Of a DNA stretch of 64,000 bases, positions 11,206 to 23,570 are shown one piece after another. The position numbers and the translations under genes were made by a program. The DNA lies in contig OZ025648.1 of NCBI GenBank assembly GCA_964019335.1, positions 682,001 through 746,000 of the forward strand, in the 5' to 3' direction. This DNA is from Diplonema japonicum (taxonomy: Eukaryota > Protista > Euglenozoa: Diplonemea). Positions within the stretch are counted from its first letter, which is position 1. Each line of letters opens with the position of its first letter. Under the pieces are notes generated by a model that was given only the letters and a program-made list of their open reading frames with translations, made no database searches and had not been told where the DNA came from.

Positions 11206-13181
11206 ATGCAACGGCTACATGTTGTGCTGCTGGCGCTGCTCTCAGTGGCGAGTGCCGATGTTGTGAGGTGGACTTCAGACACTCTTTATGAAAGTCTGAA
11301 AGACATCCAGAGCGATGGGGCTGTGGTGGTGACATTCATCCAGAATGAGAGCGAGTACGGAAAGGGGTTGAGAACTGTGATGGAGGGAGCGGACAAAGTG
11401 CTGAAGCAGAGGGTGATAATGGGGTGGGGTGTGATGGACGACCTCACTGCGGTGCTTGACTCGTACCAGGTGGTAGGTGAGGGTGACAAGCACGGCATGT
11501 TCATGCTCTTCAAGAACGGGAAGAGTGCCATGTTTAAGGACAACGACACCCCACCCTCCGCGCAGAAGATCATCAAGTGGGTTGTCGACCAGCTGGACTC
11601 GAAGGCTGTCGATGTCGGCCCTGTGAAGACATGCGACGACTCCGAGTTCTCCTCCATTGTGTTCCTCCCCAGCCGCACGGCTGTGGTCATCTTCGACACG
11701 GAGGAGGTTTCGCCCCTTTCCAAGATACTCTCCAAAGCTGCTGAGTCCTTCCCCAAGCAGATGGAAGACAAGTCTCTGAGCTTCGTGCGTGCTACTAGCA
11801 TCCGCACCCCCCAGCGCTTCGACCTCCCCGAGAAGTCGGACAAAGCACCTGTCATTTACTTCTATGGCCGTCGCAAGGCCAAGTACTCCCCGAAGAAGTA
11901 CACCGGACCGGAGACAGAAGAGGCTCTCCGCAAATGGGTGGACGAGATGACAGGCTCAGGGAAGGTGGAGAGGGTCAAGGATATGCCCATCCCCGAAATC
12001 ACAGACGACACCTTCGAACCGGTTCTCAAGACGTTGAAGAGGGGCATGCTGGTGATGTTCCACGCCCCATGGTGCGGGCACTGCAAGAGGATGATGCCTG
12101 CGTGGGACAGCCTTGCCGACCACATGCGCTCGGAGAAGGAGATCCTCATTGCAAAGATGGATGCAACAGAGCACAAGGCCACCTCAGGCAGGTACGGCGT
12201 GTCGGGGTTCCCGACCATCAAGTTCATCACGCCGTCGGGTGCTGTCGATGAGTACTCTGGTGACCGCTCGCTTGAGGCGATGAAGCAATTCGTCTTCGAG
12301 AAGCTCGGGAAGCCCATCCCAGGGGACGAGCCTACCGAGGTGGCTATTCTGCGTGATGACAACTTCGATGACTTGGTGACGAAGTCCGACAAGGGCGTCT
12401 TCGTCAAGTTCTACGCACCGTGGTGCGGGCACTGCAAGCGCATGGCCCCCGATTGGGAGGCTCTCGGGAAGCACTTCAAGGGGGACAAGGACGTGACTAT
12501 CGCAAAGCTGGACGCTCAGAGGTACAAGGCGGGCAATGGCTTCGGTATCACGGGATTCCCCACCATCATGTGGTTCCCTAAAGGGGACAAGGCGCACCCT
12601 GTCAAGTACTCATCGGGGAGGGACTACAGCACCATGAAAGCTTTCGTAACCAAGCAGATTGCGGGTACGGGTGAGGTGGAGGAAAAGGTGGAGAAGGCGG
12701 CCTCGGAGGGGGCACTGGGTGTGAAGGGGAGCGTCTTGGAGCTGACGGACGTGACCTTCAAGCAGCTCACTGATGGCAGTGGCTCCAAGGGATCGCTAGT
12801 GATGTTCTATGCTACGTGGTGCGGGCACTGCAAGAAGCTGCACCCGGACTATTCCAAGCTTGCCACACACTTCCAGGACCAATTTGATAAGTATGTTGTT
12901 CTCATTCATTGATATCGGCACAGGGTTGTCATTACACGTTATGATGCTCCTAAGTACCCTGAGCCCGCGAAGGCAGCTGGCGTCCAGAGTTTCCCCACCA
13001 TTTTGTATGTAATTTGCTTTACGTCTTATGTACCTAAAAAAACAGCTTTTACTCGGCTGATGGCTTCCAAACCAAGTTCACAGGCGACAGGGACTTTGCT
13101 GCATTGGTGTGCAAAACAAAATGACAGTGGAAAAAAAAAAATCTATAACCACAGGCCAAGTTTGTTGAATCCAAGCTCTAA
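11206..13181 (+). CDS. Protein disulfide isomerase family, three WCGHCK thioredoxin domains; exons 11206-12890, 12924-13004, 13046-13106, 13155-13181
   Basis: Signal peptide MQRLHVVLLALLSVASA and three WCGHCK sites. Introns of 33, 41 and 48 nt complete the third domain (VQSFPTIFFY...GDRDFAALAKFVESKL*). Confidence 0.9.
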
Positions 13182-13618
13182 ACGCTCCTTTCTTAGGTGA
13201 TAGGATCTGGGAGTATTAAAAAAAAAAAAATACAGAAAAGGAACAATATTCCCTTCCCTGTTTCCCCCCCGTCCCGTTTCCTTTATCCGGCACGCGGAGT
13301 GCTTTAAAAAAGAAAAGCAAGAAAGAAGGGGAGAAGAAAAAATATTATGGCCTCTTACACCCATCTCCCAGAAGGAAAGTTGAAAGTGTACCCTATTTAT
13401 GAAAAGCGGGATACCTTGTGTCGTGATCCCCCCCTCCATGTTCCCCTTCTCTCACCCCTATAGCGGAGAATCCTCTGGCACCCACGTAATGTAAGCAACT
13501 ACTTATTTGTGGATTTTAACAGCTTACCGTTACTTCGTTTCAACTCCAGCAGAAACACACACACAAACGAGAGAAAAAACGAAGAAAAAAAAGCACACAA
13601 AAAAATGGTTGGATAGAC

Positions 13619-16322
13619 ATGAGTGGTAAACACTCCAAATCTAGGATATACTCTGTCGAAGGGCTGCCAAGCGGTTTGTGGGATGATCTAAGCACACCTC
13701 CTGTGGTGCGGAAGCCTGTCACGAGGGAGAGGGGCTTAGGCAGTACACGGTGGAATGAAATCCAAGACTGGAGCTCGGCTGCGGTTGTAAAGCCTAGCAC
13801 AGCGCCAGCGAGGAACGAATCTGCGCCTCTGCATACCCCTGTTAAGTCTGCGGATGTGTGTGGCTCGGGCGGCACGGCTGTTAAGAAGCGTCGGGTTTGG
13901 AAGTCAACGGACAGCCAAGTGTCCCCCCGCCCGCCCCTCGCACCCCTCTCGCCGGTGAAGAAGCCCAGCCTCCCCCCCGTAGCTGACATCCTCGACCTCA
14001 ATATCGGCGAGCTTCTCATCGCCGCCGACAGGTCCACAAGCCCTGATGAGATCCTCCTCGACTGCGGCATCACCGTCAGCCCCCGCGCCTTGAGGGCGTC
14101 GGAGACAAAGAAGCGAAGGAACAAACAGCTTTATGAAGAACGCACCTTGGAACTCCAGATTGGGCTCCGGGAGCAAAAGATCAAAAAGCTGTGCGGAGAC
14201 CTGCAATGGGTGAAGCAGTGGGACGCCTCTTGCACTGTGCAGAGGGCCGTGCGGAAGATGCTGGCCATGAAGGAGTGCGACCTGCTGCGGCTATCACAAC
14301 AGAAGCAAGTGCCTCGTATGAAGAAGCCTCAGGACAAGCGGCTTGTAAAGCGACACCAAGACGCCATAACACAATATGACAAGAGGTACGAAGCCGGGTT
14401 GGTGCTGCAGAAGGCGGGAAGGGGCAATCTGGGTCGGGTCCACATGTTGTCACTCAAAGTGGATGCGCAGGCCTGCCTGTACGTGAAACAATCGCTGGCG
14501 GTGAGCACTATAGCCGCGTTCATGCGGTTTAAGATCAGCAGTGGTGTTGTCTCTGCTATGCTGCACGACAAGGTGCTCGAAGCGTTTTACGTGTTTACTA
14601 CTTCCGCAAAGTGCATCCAAAGGCACTGGGCAGCCTACAACGCCAAGCGGCACGCCTCAGCCACCACCGTCCAGCGCTTCTGGCGGTCGCGCATCGCGTT
14701 GTGCAGGCTGCGAAATGAAAAGAACGCAAGGAATCTTCTGTGCAAAAACCAGCAGCTCCTCGTGTCCTCCTACTACCACAAGCTACACGAACACCAAGAG
14801 AACCAAAGTTATCAACGAGTCCGCCTGCAGGCCTTGGAGACACGGGCAGACATCCTTCGCGTCAAAACATGCCAAAAGATGGCGCGGGGAGCTTTTCGAA
14901 AACTGAAGAATTACAGCAAACTAGATGCAGTTGAAAGACTGCGTGCTGCGAACCGCGTAGTGCTTGTCAAGGGGCACTATGACATGCTGCTCTTGTCGGG
15001 GCGGCTGGCTGCAAAGCGACGGGTGAGGAATGGGCTCACGATGAGGCTGGCCTTTAAAAATGAACGAATCATTCTACAAAACTACTATAACAAGTTAGAC
15101 GTAGCAAGCAAGGTAGGAGCCGCAAGAAAGAATAGCGAGAAGAAGCTATTGGGAAGGTACTTTGCACACCTACTTGCAGTAAAGGCAGTGCGTGCGAAAG
15201 CACAGGCAGAGGCCCGAGCGCAGGAAGAAGTTCGTGCTAAGGAAAAAGCAGAGGCGCAGGAAGAGGTTCGTGCAAGGGCTGAGGCAGAGGCTAAGGAACA
15301 GGCGGCTCAAGCACAAGCGAAGGCGGACACGGAAACTTTTAAACAGACACAAAAACAGGTGGAGGTGGAGGATAAGAGCACATACCCGGCATTGAAGGTA
15401 TTATTCGACGTCAGTGAAACATCTGGTTTGCTGCAAGTATTGAAGCTGGCCGTGCACATATCGAACAACGGAGAAGGGGTCTCAGGGGTGTACCCTGCCT
15501 CCCCCGACCCTCCCTCTCGGGCCCCGTCGCCCATGTCCACTCCCGAACCACCTCCCATGCTTGTCAACATCCCTGCAGACATTAGTTACATACAAACGCT
15601 GTTCGCAGTGGCAGATGCGCACCCCGCGCAGTACATGCACCTGGAAATGTACAAGGCTTACCTTCAGGGTACGGCCACGACCGTGCCACCGTCACCACCG
15701 TCGTGGTCTCTCGAGGAGGAGCAAGCAACAGTAGTTATACAACAAGCATGGAAAGTGGCACATAAAAAGCCAGTGCAAGCACGGCCCCAGAGCTCGATAG
15801 AAGAAATATGCAGTTGCACCATCCAAAAGGCGTGGAGGAGGAAACGGTCAAGAATGGTGGTGATGGATCTACGTGCGAAGCGGAACGCAGTTTATGCGCA
15901 TCTGAAACTGGAGGGGGCGGCTTGCGTATGTTGTCGCGCAACATATCGAAATCTTTTGTTCTTCTTTTTTTGACAGGTGCTGCAGCCGACGGGCCGTGGG
16001 TATTGCACGAGGGTGCAGTTGAGAAAAGCAAGTCAAAGAGAATCTTTGGAGAAGTTGGAGAGGAAGCATACTGTGAGGGTGGTGGAGAGACACTGGAGGA
16101 GGTGGTTGGAATACGTGAAGATGAAGGAGTCAGGTGCTGAGAGCCAAAACAGCACAGTGTTGCACACAGCAAGATCTTGCCACGAAACGGTATGTGGACA
16201 CCTACCTGGCAACCACTATGCAGACCGCGGCCACACACACCACCACGCGCCTCAAGTCTTTGCGGCACCTGCGCTTCCTCTATGACGTTGCTTTGCAAAG
16301 GGAGCTTGATGCTCAGGAATAG
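13619..16322 (+). CDS. IQ-motif-rich (calmodulin-binding) protein; exons 13619-15925, 15977-16189, 16224-16322
   Basis: Repeated IQ-like motifs (TVQRAVR, CIQRHW, TVQRFWR, VIQQAWK, TIQKAWR). The 51-nt intron joins AAC|VLQPTGRGY into another IQ motif. The second, 34-nt intron is less certain. Confidence 0.75.
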
Positions 16323-17084
16323 TGCTCAGGAATGTAAATATAACACCGCGACGGACATGGTCCCTAAAGGTGTTGCTTCTCTTTAATTATTCGTTTTACA
16401 AAGTAGTCCCCCCCCCCCCCCCCCCCCCAGTGCATACAAACAAACAAAAGCGTCAGAAGAGGTTTCTTTTTTTTATATTGACGGGGCGTAACCGTGGTCC
16501 CTCAAACTTGGTGGGAGAGCGTGGTGGAACAAAAAGGCAAAGAAGGAAAAGAGCTACTTTTTTTTTTAACCCCCCTCCCTATGGGAGTTTCCCCCAGTTC
16601 TCTTTTTTTTCCCCTTGATAGATTCCCTTTCTCTTCTCCACACGCACCGCTTTAAAAAATAAAAAAAAAAAAAAAAAAAAGCTATAATTATCTTCTGCCC
16701 GTTTCCCCACTTTTTTTTTCTCGCCGTCCTCGGGAGAAAGGTGAACAGGGACGGACGAGAGGGATTGGACAGTTTCCACAGCAAGAAAAAAAAAAGAAAA
16801 AAAAAATGGCGGTGGTTGTGTTTGTTTTTTTTTTTTTTTTTTTTTTGTTTTCTTTTTTGTTTTCTTGTCCCTCCCCCCTTTTTTTTGTTGGGTCAAAGTC
16901 CGTTATTTTCTTTTTCTATTCTCTCCTTTATCCCGCATCCCCTCCGATCTCACTCTCTCCCAATTCAAATTCCATTACTTTTCTTTTCTCCTTCTCTTTA
17001 CATTTATCTCGTGTTTCATTAGCATCTTGCAAGACCCTTATTCTTACGAAAAGCGGCCCACAGTGGGGGGAAGGGTGACAAAAG

Positions 17085-18092
17085 ATGTTCACGTTGCTAT
17101 GCTGTGCCGACCTTCAGGGTGGGAAGGTGAACTTGGAGCTTATGTTCCCAACATCGCCTACATTTGGAGAGCTGACAAGGAGGGTGGAGGAAGTATTTAG
17201 TAACGAGGTCCGGGCGATGAAATGTGCCGAGAGCTTCACTGTGAACAGACTGCAAATCTATGACGATGTACTTCTGAAGTGGGTTGACTTACTAAGTGCA
17301 GTGCAGCTACATGAATATGACCAGATTTATGTTTTCCAGCCTCAGACTACATGGCATGTTGACACACAGCAAGATCTTCCTGCTCCAAGGCCGCCTACTG
17401 TCGGGGGTCCAGCTACTCCTGTTCATCATCAACACTCGCCTCATGTCGCAGCAGGGCAGCTACCCCCTACCGCCACCGGAACCCGCCCCGACATTCCCAG
17501 CACAGAAAAGGCCACCGCGGTATTCCACGACATCGATGCTGCCAGCAAGGGCTTCTTCGAGTACAGTGAGTTCGAGCGTGTTCTCAGAGACAGAGGCCTC
17601 GATTTCTCGTCCAACACAATCGGCGAACTTTTTTACAAGGCGGACCTCAACAGGGACGGCAGGGTCACCATGGATGAGTGGCAAAACTGGGGACACATCT
17701 ACCCCAACACCCTCGAAACACTCTACTTCAGAGCGCATGACAAGTCCGAGGAATCTATGATACGGTACCAGATGCAGCAGGTACACGACAAGATGCAAGC
17801 CAATACCGCCAGAATCGCTCAGCTGCAAAGAGATTCAAACCAGAACAGTGTGGAGGCGGGTGGTTTGCAGAAGAAGATAGCAGAGCTGCAGGAGCAGCAA
17901 GCAAGGGCGGCAGAGGCGAGAAAGGACACTGCTCCCGAAGAGAGGGAGCTGATCGAAGAAGAGATCAAGATGGAGAGACAGCGCGACCAGATGAGGATAC
18001 AGCAGACTCGTCTGCATGAAGCCTCCGACAAGTTCAATAGGAACGCTGCCTCGAAGGGGTCACCACGCCGTGCACGAGAAGTGGGGTATTAG
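17085..18092 (+). CDS. BILBO1: BILBO1-family protein (BILBO1 N-terminal ubiquitin-like domain, EF-hands, coiled coil)
   Basis: The N-terminus ADLQGGKVNLELMFPTSPTFGELTRRVEEVFSNE...IYDDVLLKWVDL...QLHEYDQIYVFQP matches the kinetoplastid BILBO1 NTD pattern. It is followed by EF-hand DLNRDGRVTMDEW and a coiled coil. Confidence 0.85.
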   Translation: MFTLLCCADLQGGKVNLELMFPTSPTFGELTRRVEEVFSNEVRAMKCAESFTVNRLQIYDDVLLKWVDLLSAVQLHEYDQIYVFQPQTTWHVDTQQDLPAPRPPTVGGPATPVHHQHSPHVAAGQLPPTATGTRPDIPSTEKATAVFHDIDAASKGFFEYSEFERVLRDRGLDFSSNTIGELFYKADLNRDGRVTMDEWQNWGHIYPNTLETLYFRAHDKSEESMIRYQMQQVHDKMQANTARIAQLQRDSNQNSVEAGGLQKKIAELQEQQARAAEARKDTAPEERELIEEEIKMERQRDQMRIQQTRLHEASDKFNRNAASKGSPRRAREVGY

Positions 18093-18522
18093 TTGGTATT
18101 TGCGTTTTTCTGTATATTCCCCCCCCACCGCTAATACCAACCTTTTCCCTTGTATGTTTTCCCCCCCTCTTTTTTTCTTTTTTTCCCACCCATCATATCT
18201 CTTAACCCGTCAAGTAAAGTCCGGGGGGGGGGGGGGGGGGGGAGCCGTTCTAACGGGGGGAGGGGGAGTAACGGGATTTTGAGATATGATGGGCTATTTT
18301 TTTTTTCTTTCATTCTCTTATTCAATGGTGAGCATCCCCCCGCCCCCTCGCACACTGAAATTTATCGAATTTTATTCTTCCTCCTCCCACAGCCCCTGTC
18401 CCCTCCTTGTTATTGCCTTTGCTGTTTCCCCTTCTCCCCCTTCTTGTTTTTTGTTGTTCTTGCTTCGCTACTGAGAATACCTAACAGACACTACACGTAT
18501 TTCTTTCACCCCCTAAACTAAT

Positions 18523-18810
18523 ATGTCTGACTTCAACTGGGGTGGTGCTGAGGCTAAGGGCTCCGCCGTCTTCAATCAAACCACTGCGAGCAAGCAGACT
18601 AACTGCCCGACGTTCTCGGGAATCAAGCCCCACGCGCTGACAGCAGCCTCTGTTGTGCCTGCCACGGCGACGCTGAAACAGGTATGTAGCACAAAAAAAA
18701 AAGAGGAACCACAACCACAGGCATCCATCACCCAACCTGCATACTTATCCACCGTGAATGTAGGTATGAGCGATGGCAGTAAGAAGGCCTTCGGCCCTTT
18801 CCACAACTAG
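18523..18810 (+). CDS. Small hypothetical protein (about 82 aa after removing the in-frame 39-nt intron 18682-18720)
   Basis: Coding-like ORF containing CAG|GTATGT...ACAACCACAG, the same style as the RPL10 introns. Confidence 0.6.
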   Translation: MSDFNWGGAEAKGSAVFNQTTASKQTNCPTFSGIKPHALTAASVVPATATLKQVCSTKKKEEPQPQASITQPAYLSTVNVGMSDGSKKAFGPFHN

Positions 18811-18934
18811 CCGGCGCAATGGAGAGCTGACACAAATATCGTTACACAAATAACTTGAATACCCTTTCTTTTTTTCTACCCCCCTCCAACCTCTTTCCCT
18901 TCTGTCCCTTCGCACCGCACCACAGGCCACATGC

Positions 18935-20554
18935 ATGTATCTCTGTTGGGGATGTCTCCACCCCTTCACAGAGGCTAATGTCAAGCCTCTCGACATAACA
19001 GATGACCTGAAGACCTACTTCGAGACAATGCGGATGCAGATCTCATGCTTGTCTGAGGCAAGGCCGCTCACCACGAAGATAGAGAAGACAGTCGATGCGC
19101 TACAGGAGAACTTCAAGGCGTTGATGAACAAGGTGGAGCAGGAGCTATTGGAACTGAAGACCAACCTAGACATCCTGAAGGTGGAGAAGGAGGCGGAGAG
19201 TGTAAACCTGCCGACAAACGCGCCGACCACACAACTCAAACCAAAGTACCCGAAAGCAGCATACAGAAAGGCAAAGGACAAGCAAGACAACGAGGAGCCG
19301 AAGGCGAAGCCTATTGTACTCCAGCGTTCCCCGCCCTCTAAGAAAGCTCCTCCGGACACACGGCCTGTTCTGAACAGGTTTGGCAAAGAGGTTTACAACA
19401 ACACGAAGAGCAGCAACAAGAGCGGCACGCAGTGCAGCCAGAACGTCACGAGCCATGTGATGGCCTCGTTGTATTTGGTGCTAGAGTCTGTGGTGAGCCA
19501 GGTGTGTGCCGACAGAGGCACTTTGTGGTGCAGGTGTCAAGGCAGCACTCTGTCGGAGCTAGGCGACGAGATGGCCGCCTGCGTCACCATAGGCCCCATA
19601 ACTAAAACCGGTCCCCCTGAGCGGGTGCCCACTACAACAGGCGTGGTAGGTGCTGCTACCACAACAGGCATCGCCATCAACATAGGGGGGTCGAACTGTC
19701 CTGCCAGCGCTGCTGATGCTGTGGCAGAGACGGTGCTTGCAAACATGAAGCCTGTGAACAGTGAAGTAGAGTGCAACATGCTGATAGTGCCCGTTCCCCT
19801 GAAGTTCAAAGCCTTCTCCAGAGTGTGTATTGGGGCCGTGCAATTGTTCAACAGCAACTCTCATTTCTCAGAAGCGGACGAAGTGGCCACCGTCGAGGCC
19901 GCCAATGTCTTGTCACACTTGCTCACCACTTACAAATGCGCTTTGGAGTCCGGCATCAAGCGTGTGTATGATCCCACGCACTTGTGGGCTAAGTCTGCAG
20001 GCTCACATCTAATTTGCAAACAAGGGCAACAAGGCAATCTCCCGAGCAGTTTGACTTCGCACTCGCCACCTATGCTCATTTACAGGACACAGCAGATGGG
20101 TTTCATTGCTAAGGCAGATCTGCTGAAAACTAACAAGGAGATAGCAGTTCACGGCAGAGTGAAGGAACTGGACAGGTTCCAAACAACTTTGGAGGTGGCG
20201 TGGAAGCAGTCCGTCACATCTTTGGCCGAAGTGGAAACCAAGAAAGAGGCGCTCGAAACCACAATTGACGAGATGCGCGCAGAGCTCCTTAGCACCCAGC
20301 AGCGAAAGAGGATGCAGTCGGTGGCGCAGAACAAGAAGGCGTCGGTAGCCAGCCGGCGAGAGTCTGCAGCCAGTCTTCGAAAGTCATCATCACCATCCCC
20401 GTTCTCCTTTGGCTCGCGTGCATCTGTTGTCGGGCCTTCCCCCTCCCCCCCGACACCACGTGCATCTCGTCCTTCAGGGCCACGCGCGAGCATGATGAGG
20501 CCACAGAGACCACAAACAGCAGGCAGGAGCCGCAGTGTTTTATTTACTGAATAA
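18935..20554 (+). CDS. Hypothetical protein with coiled coils and a probable GAF domain
   Basis: 539-aa ORF. NMLIVPVPL...CIGAVQLFNSNSHFSEADE...AANVLSHLL is GAF-like. Confidence 0.7.
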   Translation: MYLCWGCLHPFTEANVKPLDITDDLKTYFETMRMQISCLSEARPLTTKIEKTVDALQENFKALMNKVEQELLELKTNLDILKVEKEAESVNLPTNAPTTQLKPKYPKAAYRKAKDKQDNEEPKAKPIVLQRSPPSKKAPPDTRPVLNRFGKEVYNNTKSSNKSGTQCSQNVTSHVMASLYLVLESVVSQVCADRGTLWCRCQGSTLSELGDEMAACVTIGPITKTGPPERVPTTTGVVGAATTTGIAINIGGSNCPASAADAVAETVLANMKPVNSEVECNMLIVPVPLKFKAFSRVCIGAVQLFNSNSHFSEADEVATVEAANVLSHLLTTYKCALESGIKRVYDPTHLWAKSAGSHLICKQGQQGNLPSSLTSHSPPMLIYRTQQMGFIAKADLLKTNKEIAVHGRVKELDRFQTTLEVAWKQSVTSLAEVETKKEALETTIDEMRAELLSTQQRKRMQSVAQNKKASVASRRESAASLRKSSSPSPFSFGSRASVVGPSPSPPTPRASRPSGPRASMMRPQRPQTAGRSRSVLFTE

Positions 20555-20638
20555 AAGATCCTTCCGGACCTACCACTTCTAGTATTCGTTTATTATAACT
20601 GTTTATGTCCCCCTTCTGAAGTGCAGCAAGGACGCGAG

Positions 20639-21943
20639 ATGAGGAGCACGCGTGTGTTGGGGCACTCCGCACCATGGATGAAGGGAAAGGCGGTGAAGCG
20701 GAAAGGCGAAATGGACCAACGCGACGGGGCCAAAGTCCTTCTGACAGGCGTGATGCATGGTGCTAGGGCACCGGGGCTATCCCTTGTGAACACAGGGCGC
20801 ATGTTGGACGGGGTAAGCGTGAAAGAGGTAAATTGCGGTGCGGGGCACGCAGTCCTCGTGATGGAAAACGGGGTGGTGGCCACCTTCGGAGACAACAGGC
20901 ATGGCCAGTGCGGAGGAGAGCAACACAAAGACGTGTACATAGCAACCCATACTAAGACGCTGAAGGTTTACGACGCCCTTCAAGGGCGCGATGTGAAAGC
21001 GACGGCAGGTGCACGGCACACCTTCATCTACACACCTGGCACGCGTGATATTTACAGCTGTGGCGAGAACAACCTCTGCCAGCAGGGCGTACCCGGGTAC
21101 CAGGATGTCTTCTCGGCCCCCAATGAGCTTGGTGTGCAGTGGACTTCAGATATTCCCCACACGGAGGGCGGCATAGTTAAATTGAGCAGCAGCACAACGC
21201 ACACTTTGATGCTGATGGAGAGCGGCTCTGTCTATGTGTTTGGGTGTGCGAACGACGGACAGCTAGGTACTGGCAATATCGTGGCACACTCGGCCCCGTT
21301 CAAGCTCAAGTTCTTCGAGGCGAAAGGGCTGAGAGTGACTGAGTTCTGTGCTGGGGCATCTTGTTCATTGTTCCTGACAGAGTGCCAGCAAGTCTTCGGC
21401 TGTGGAAAACTTGACGAGGGCAGGCTGGGGCTGCCGTGGACGAAGCAAAAGCCTGTTACTCTCCTCCCGAAGAAAGTCCCTCTTCCACTGTTCCCAGCCC
21501 ACTTCAGTAGTGGGCTGGCACACACGACATGTGTCGCAGCTGATGGGACATGGTTTGGGTTCGGCGGGTCTCAAAAGCTGGGCCTGTCCCTGCCCATGTG
21601 CAAGGACATCTCAGATATACGGCACAGCTACAACACAGATGCTTACGATGAGCCTCATGCCCCAAGGCTTTTTCAGGAAGATCTTCCAGTGGTGTCCCTG
21701 TCATCTGGCAACTATCACACAGCAGGTCTCACGGAAGATGGCGCTGTCGTAGGAACAGGCTGGAACAGCGACAAGCAACTAGCCGGCAACGAGGAGTCCT
21801 TCCAGGATGCCCTGACGTTGCTGCATCACAATCCCGATGTGGCGGCCGTTGCTGCCGGGGGCACTTTTACAGTCATCGTTATCAATGCAACGCCAGCCAC
21901 CCCAGACACGTGGTCCGATTTACCAATAGTTACGATCGTGTGA
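20639..21943 (+). CDS. RCC1-repeat beta-propeller protein
   Basis: Repeats of the type CGAGHAVLV..NGVVATFGDNRHGQCG, VYVFGCANDGQLGTG, and SSGNYHTAGLTEDGAVVGTGWNSDKQL. Confidence 0.9.
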   Translation: MRSTRVLGHSAPWMKGKAVKRKGEMDQRDGAKVLLTGVMHGARAPGLSLVNTGRMLDGVSVKEVNCGAGHAVLVMENGVVATFGDNRHGQCGGEQHKDVYIATHTKTLKVYDALQGRDVKATAGARHTFIYTPGTRDIYSCGENNLCQQGVPGYQDVFSAPNELGVQWTSDIPHTEGGIVKLSSSTTHTLMLMESGSVYVFGCANDGQLGTGNIVAHSAPFKLKFFEAKGLRVTEFCAGASCSLFLTECQQVFGCGKLDEGRLGLPWTKQKPVTLLPKKVPLPLFPAHFSSGLAHTTCVAADGTWFGFGGSQKLGLSLPMCKDISDIRHSYNTDAYDEPHAPRLFQEDLPVVSLSSGNYHTAGLTEDGAVVGTGWNSDKQLAGNEESFQDALTLLHHNPDVAAVAAGGTFTVIVINATPATPDTWSDLPIVTIV

Positions 21944-22023
21944 TCTTATCTTTAGATAGTTATTTTACATGATGATGCACTGCTTGCAACCACCCACCAC
22001 AGTTGAGTAAAAAAAAAAAAAAA

Positions 22024-22710
22024 ATGGGTCGTCGTCCCGCCAAGTGCTACAGGTTCTGCAAGAACAAGCCGTACCCCAAGTCCAGGTTCTGCCGTGGTGT
22101 TCCTGACTCCAAGATCAGGTCTTTCGAGACCGGCAGGAAGAGGGCTGATGCTTCTGAGTTCCCCGCATGCGTGCACGTTATTTCCATGGAAAAAGAGCAG
22201 CTCTCCTCGGAGTGCCTTGAGGCCGCCCGTGTTGCCGCCAACAAGTACATGGTGAAGTCCTGTGGTAAGGATAACTTTCACCTTCGTATCCGTGTCCACC
22301 CTTACCACGTGCTGAGAATCAACAAGATGTTGTCCTGTGCTGGGGCGGATAGGCTCCAGACCGGAATGAGGGGTGCCTTCGGTAAGGCCCACGGTACCGC
22401 TGCCCGTGTGAAGATTGGTCAGATCATCTTGTCCATCCGTACCAGGGAGCAGTTCTCGGAGACCGCCACTGAGGCTCTTCGTCGTGCTAAGTTCAAGTTC
22501 GCTGGTCGTCAGTTGGTGTTGACCTCGCACAAGTGGGGGTTCACCCACTGCGTGAAGGAGGACTTCAAGGTATGAAAAAAGCAAAAAAATACAGAAGGCA
22601 ACCCACAACCACAGGAGAGGATGGAGAACAAGACCCTGCTTTACGACGGTTCCTTCTCCAAGAACGCCAGGCGTCACGGTGTCATCAGCTCCAGGAACTG
22701 CTTCGGCTAA
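22024..22710 (+). CDS. RPL10: 60S ribosomal protein L10 (uL16), copy 1; intron 22570-22614
   Basis: [28 protein letters not shown]...[15 protein letters not shown] 45-nt intron restores the C-terminus EDFK|[14 protein letters not shown]. Confidence 0.97.
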
Positions 22711-22798
22711 ACATCTTGTTAGTGGCAATATCATATATGGTTAGGATTTATTTACTCAGTACCACTAGACTATAACACAACAGTTTGCATATATAAAA

Positions 22799-23485
22799 AT
22801 GGGTCGTCGTCCCGCCAAGTGCTACAGGTTCTGCAAGAACAAGCCGTACCCCAAGTCCAGGTTCTGCCGTGGTGTTCCTGACTCCAAGATCAGGTCTTTC
22901 GAGACCGGCAGGAAGAGGGCTGATGCTTCTGAGTTCCCCGCATGCGTGCACGTTATTTCCATGGAAAAAGAGCAGCTCTCCTCGGAGTGCCTTGAGGCCG
23001 CCCGTGTTGCCGCCAACAAGTACATGGTGAAGTCCTGCGGTAAGGATAACTTTCACCTTCGTATCCGTGTCCACCCTTACCACGTGCTGAGAATCAACAA
23101 GATGTTGTCCTGTGCTGGGGCGGATAGGCTCCAGACCGGAATGAGGGGTGCCTTCGGTAAGGCCCACGGTACCGCTGCCCGTGTGAAGATTGGTCAGATC
23201 ATCTTGTCCATCCGTACCAGGGAGCAGTTCTCGGAGACCGCCACTGAGGCTCTTCGTCGTGCTAAGTTCAAGTTCGCTGGTCGTCAGTTGGTGTTGACCT
23301 CGCACAAGTGGGGGTTCACCCACTGCGTGAAGGAGGACTTCAAGGTATGAGAAGAACAAAGAAATACAGAAGGCAACCCACAACCACAGGAGAGGATGGA
23401 GAACAAGACCCTGCTTTACGACGGTTCCTTCTCCAAGAACGCCAGGCGTCACGGTGTCATCAGCTCCAGGAACTGCTTCGGCTAA
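22799..23485 (+). CDS. RPL10: 60S ribosomal protein L10, copy 2; intron 23345-23389
   Basis: Encodes the same protein as copy 1. Confidence 0.97.
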
Positions 23486-23570
23486 GCATGTAGGGAAGTC
23501 AGTTAACCCATCAGTTCAGTTTTGCCATATGCCAGCTATTCACTGCACTACAGGCTATTAACACATAAAA

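Noticed and set aside
21960-22010. ATGATGA as the C box of a snoRNA before RPL10
   Set aside because: There is no CTGA D box or terminal stem.
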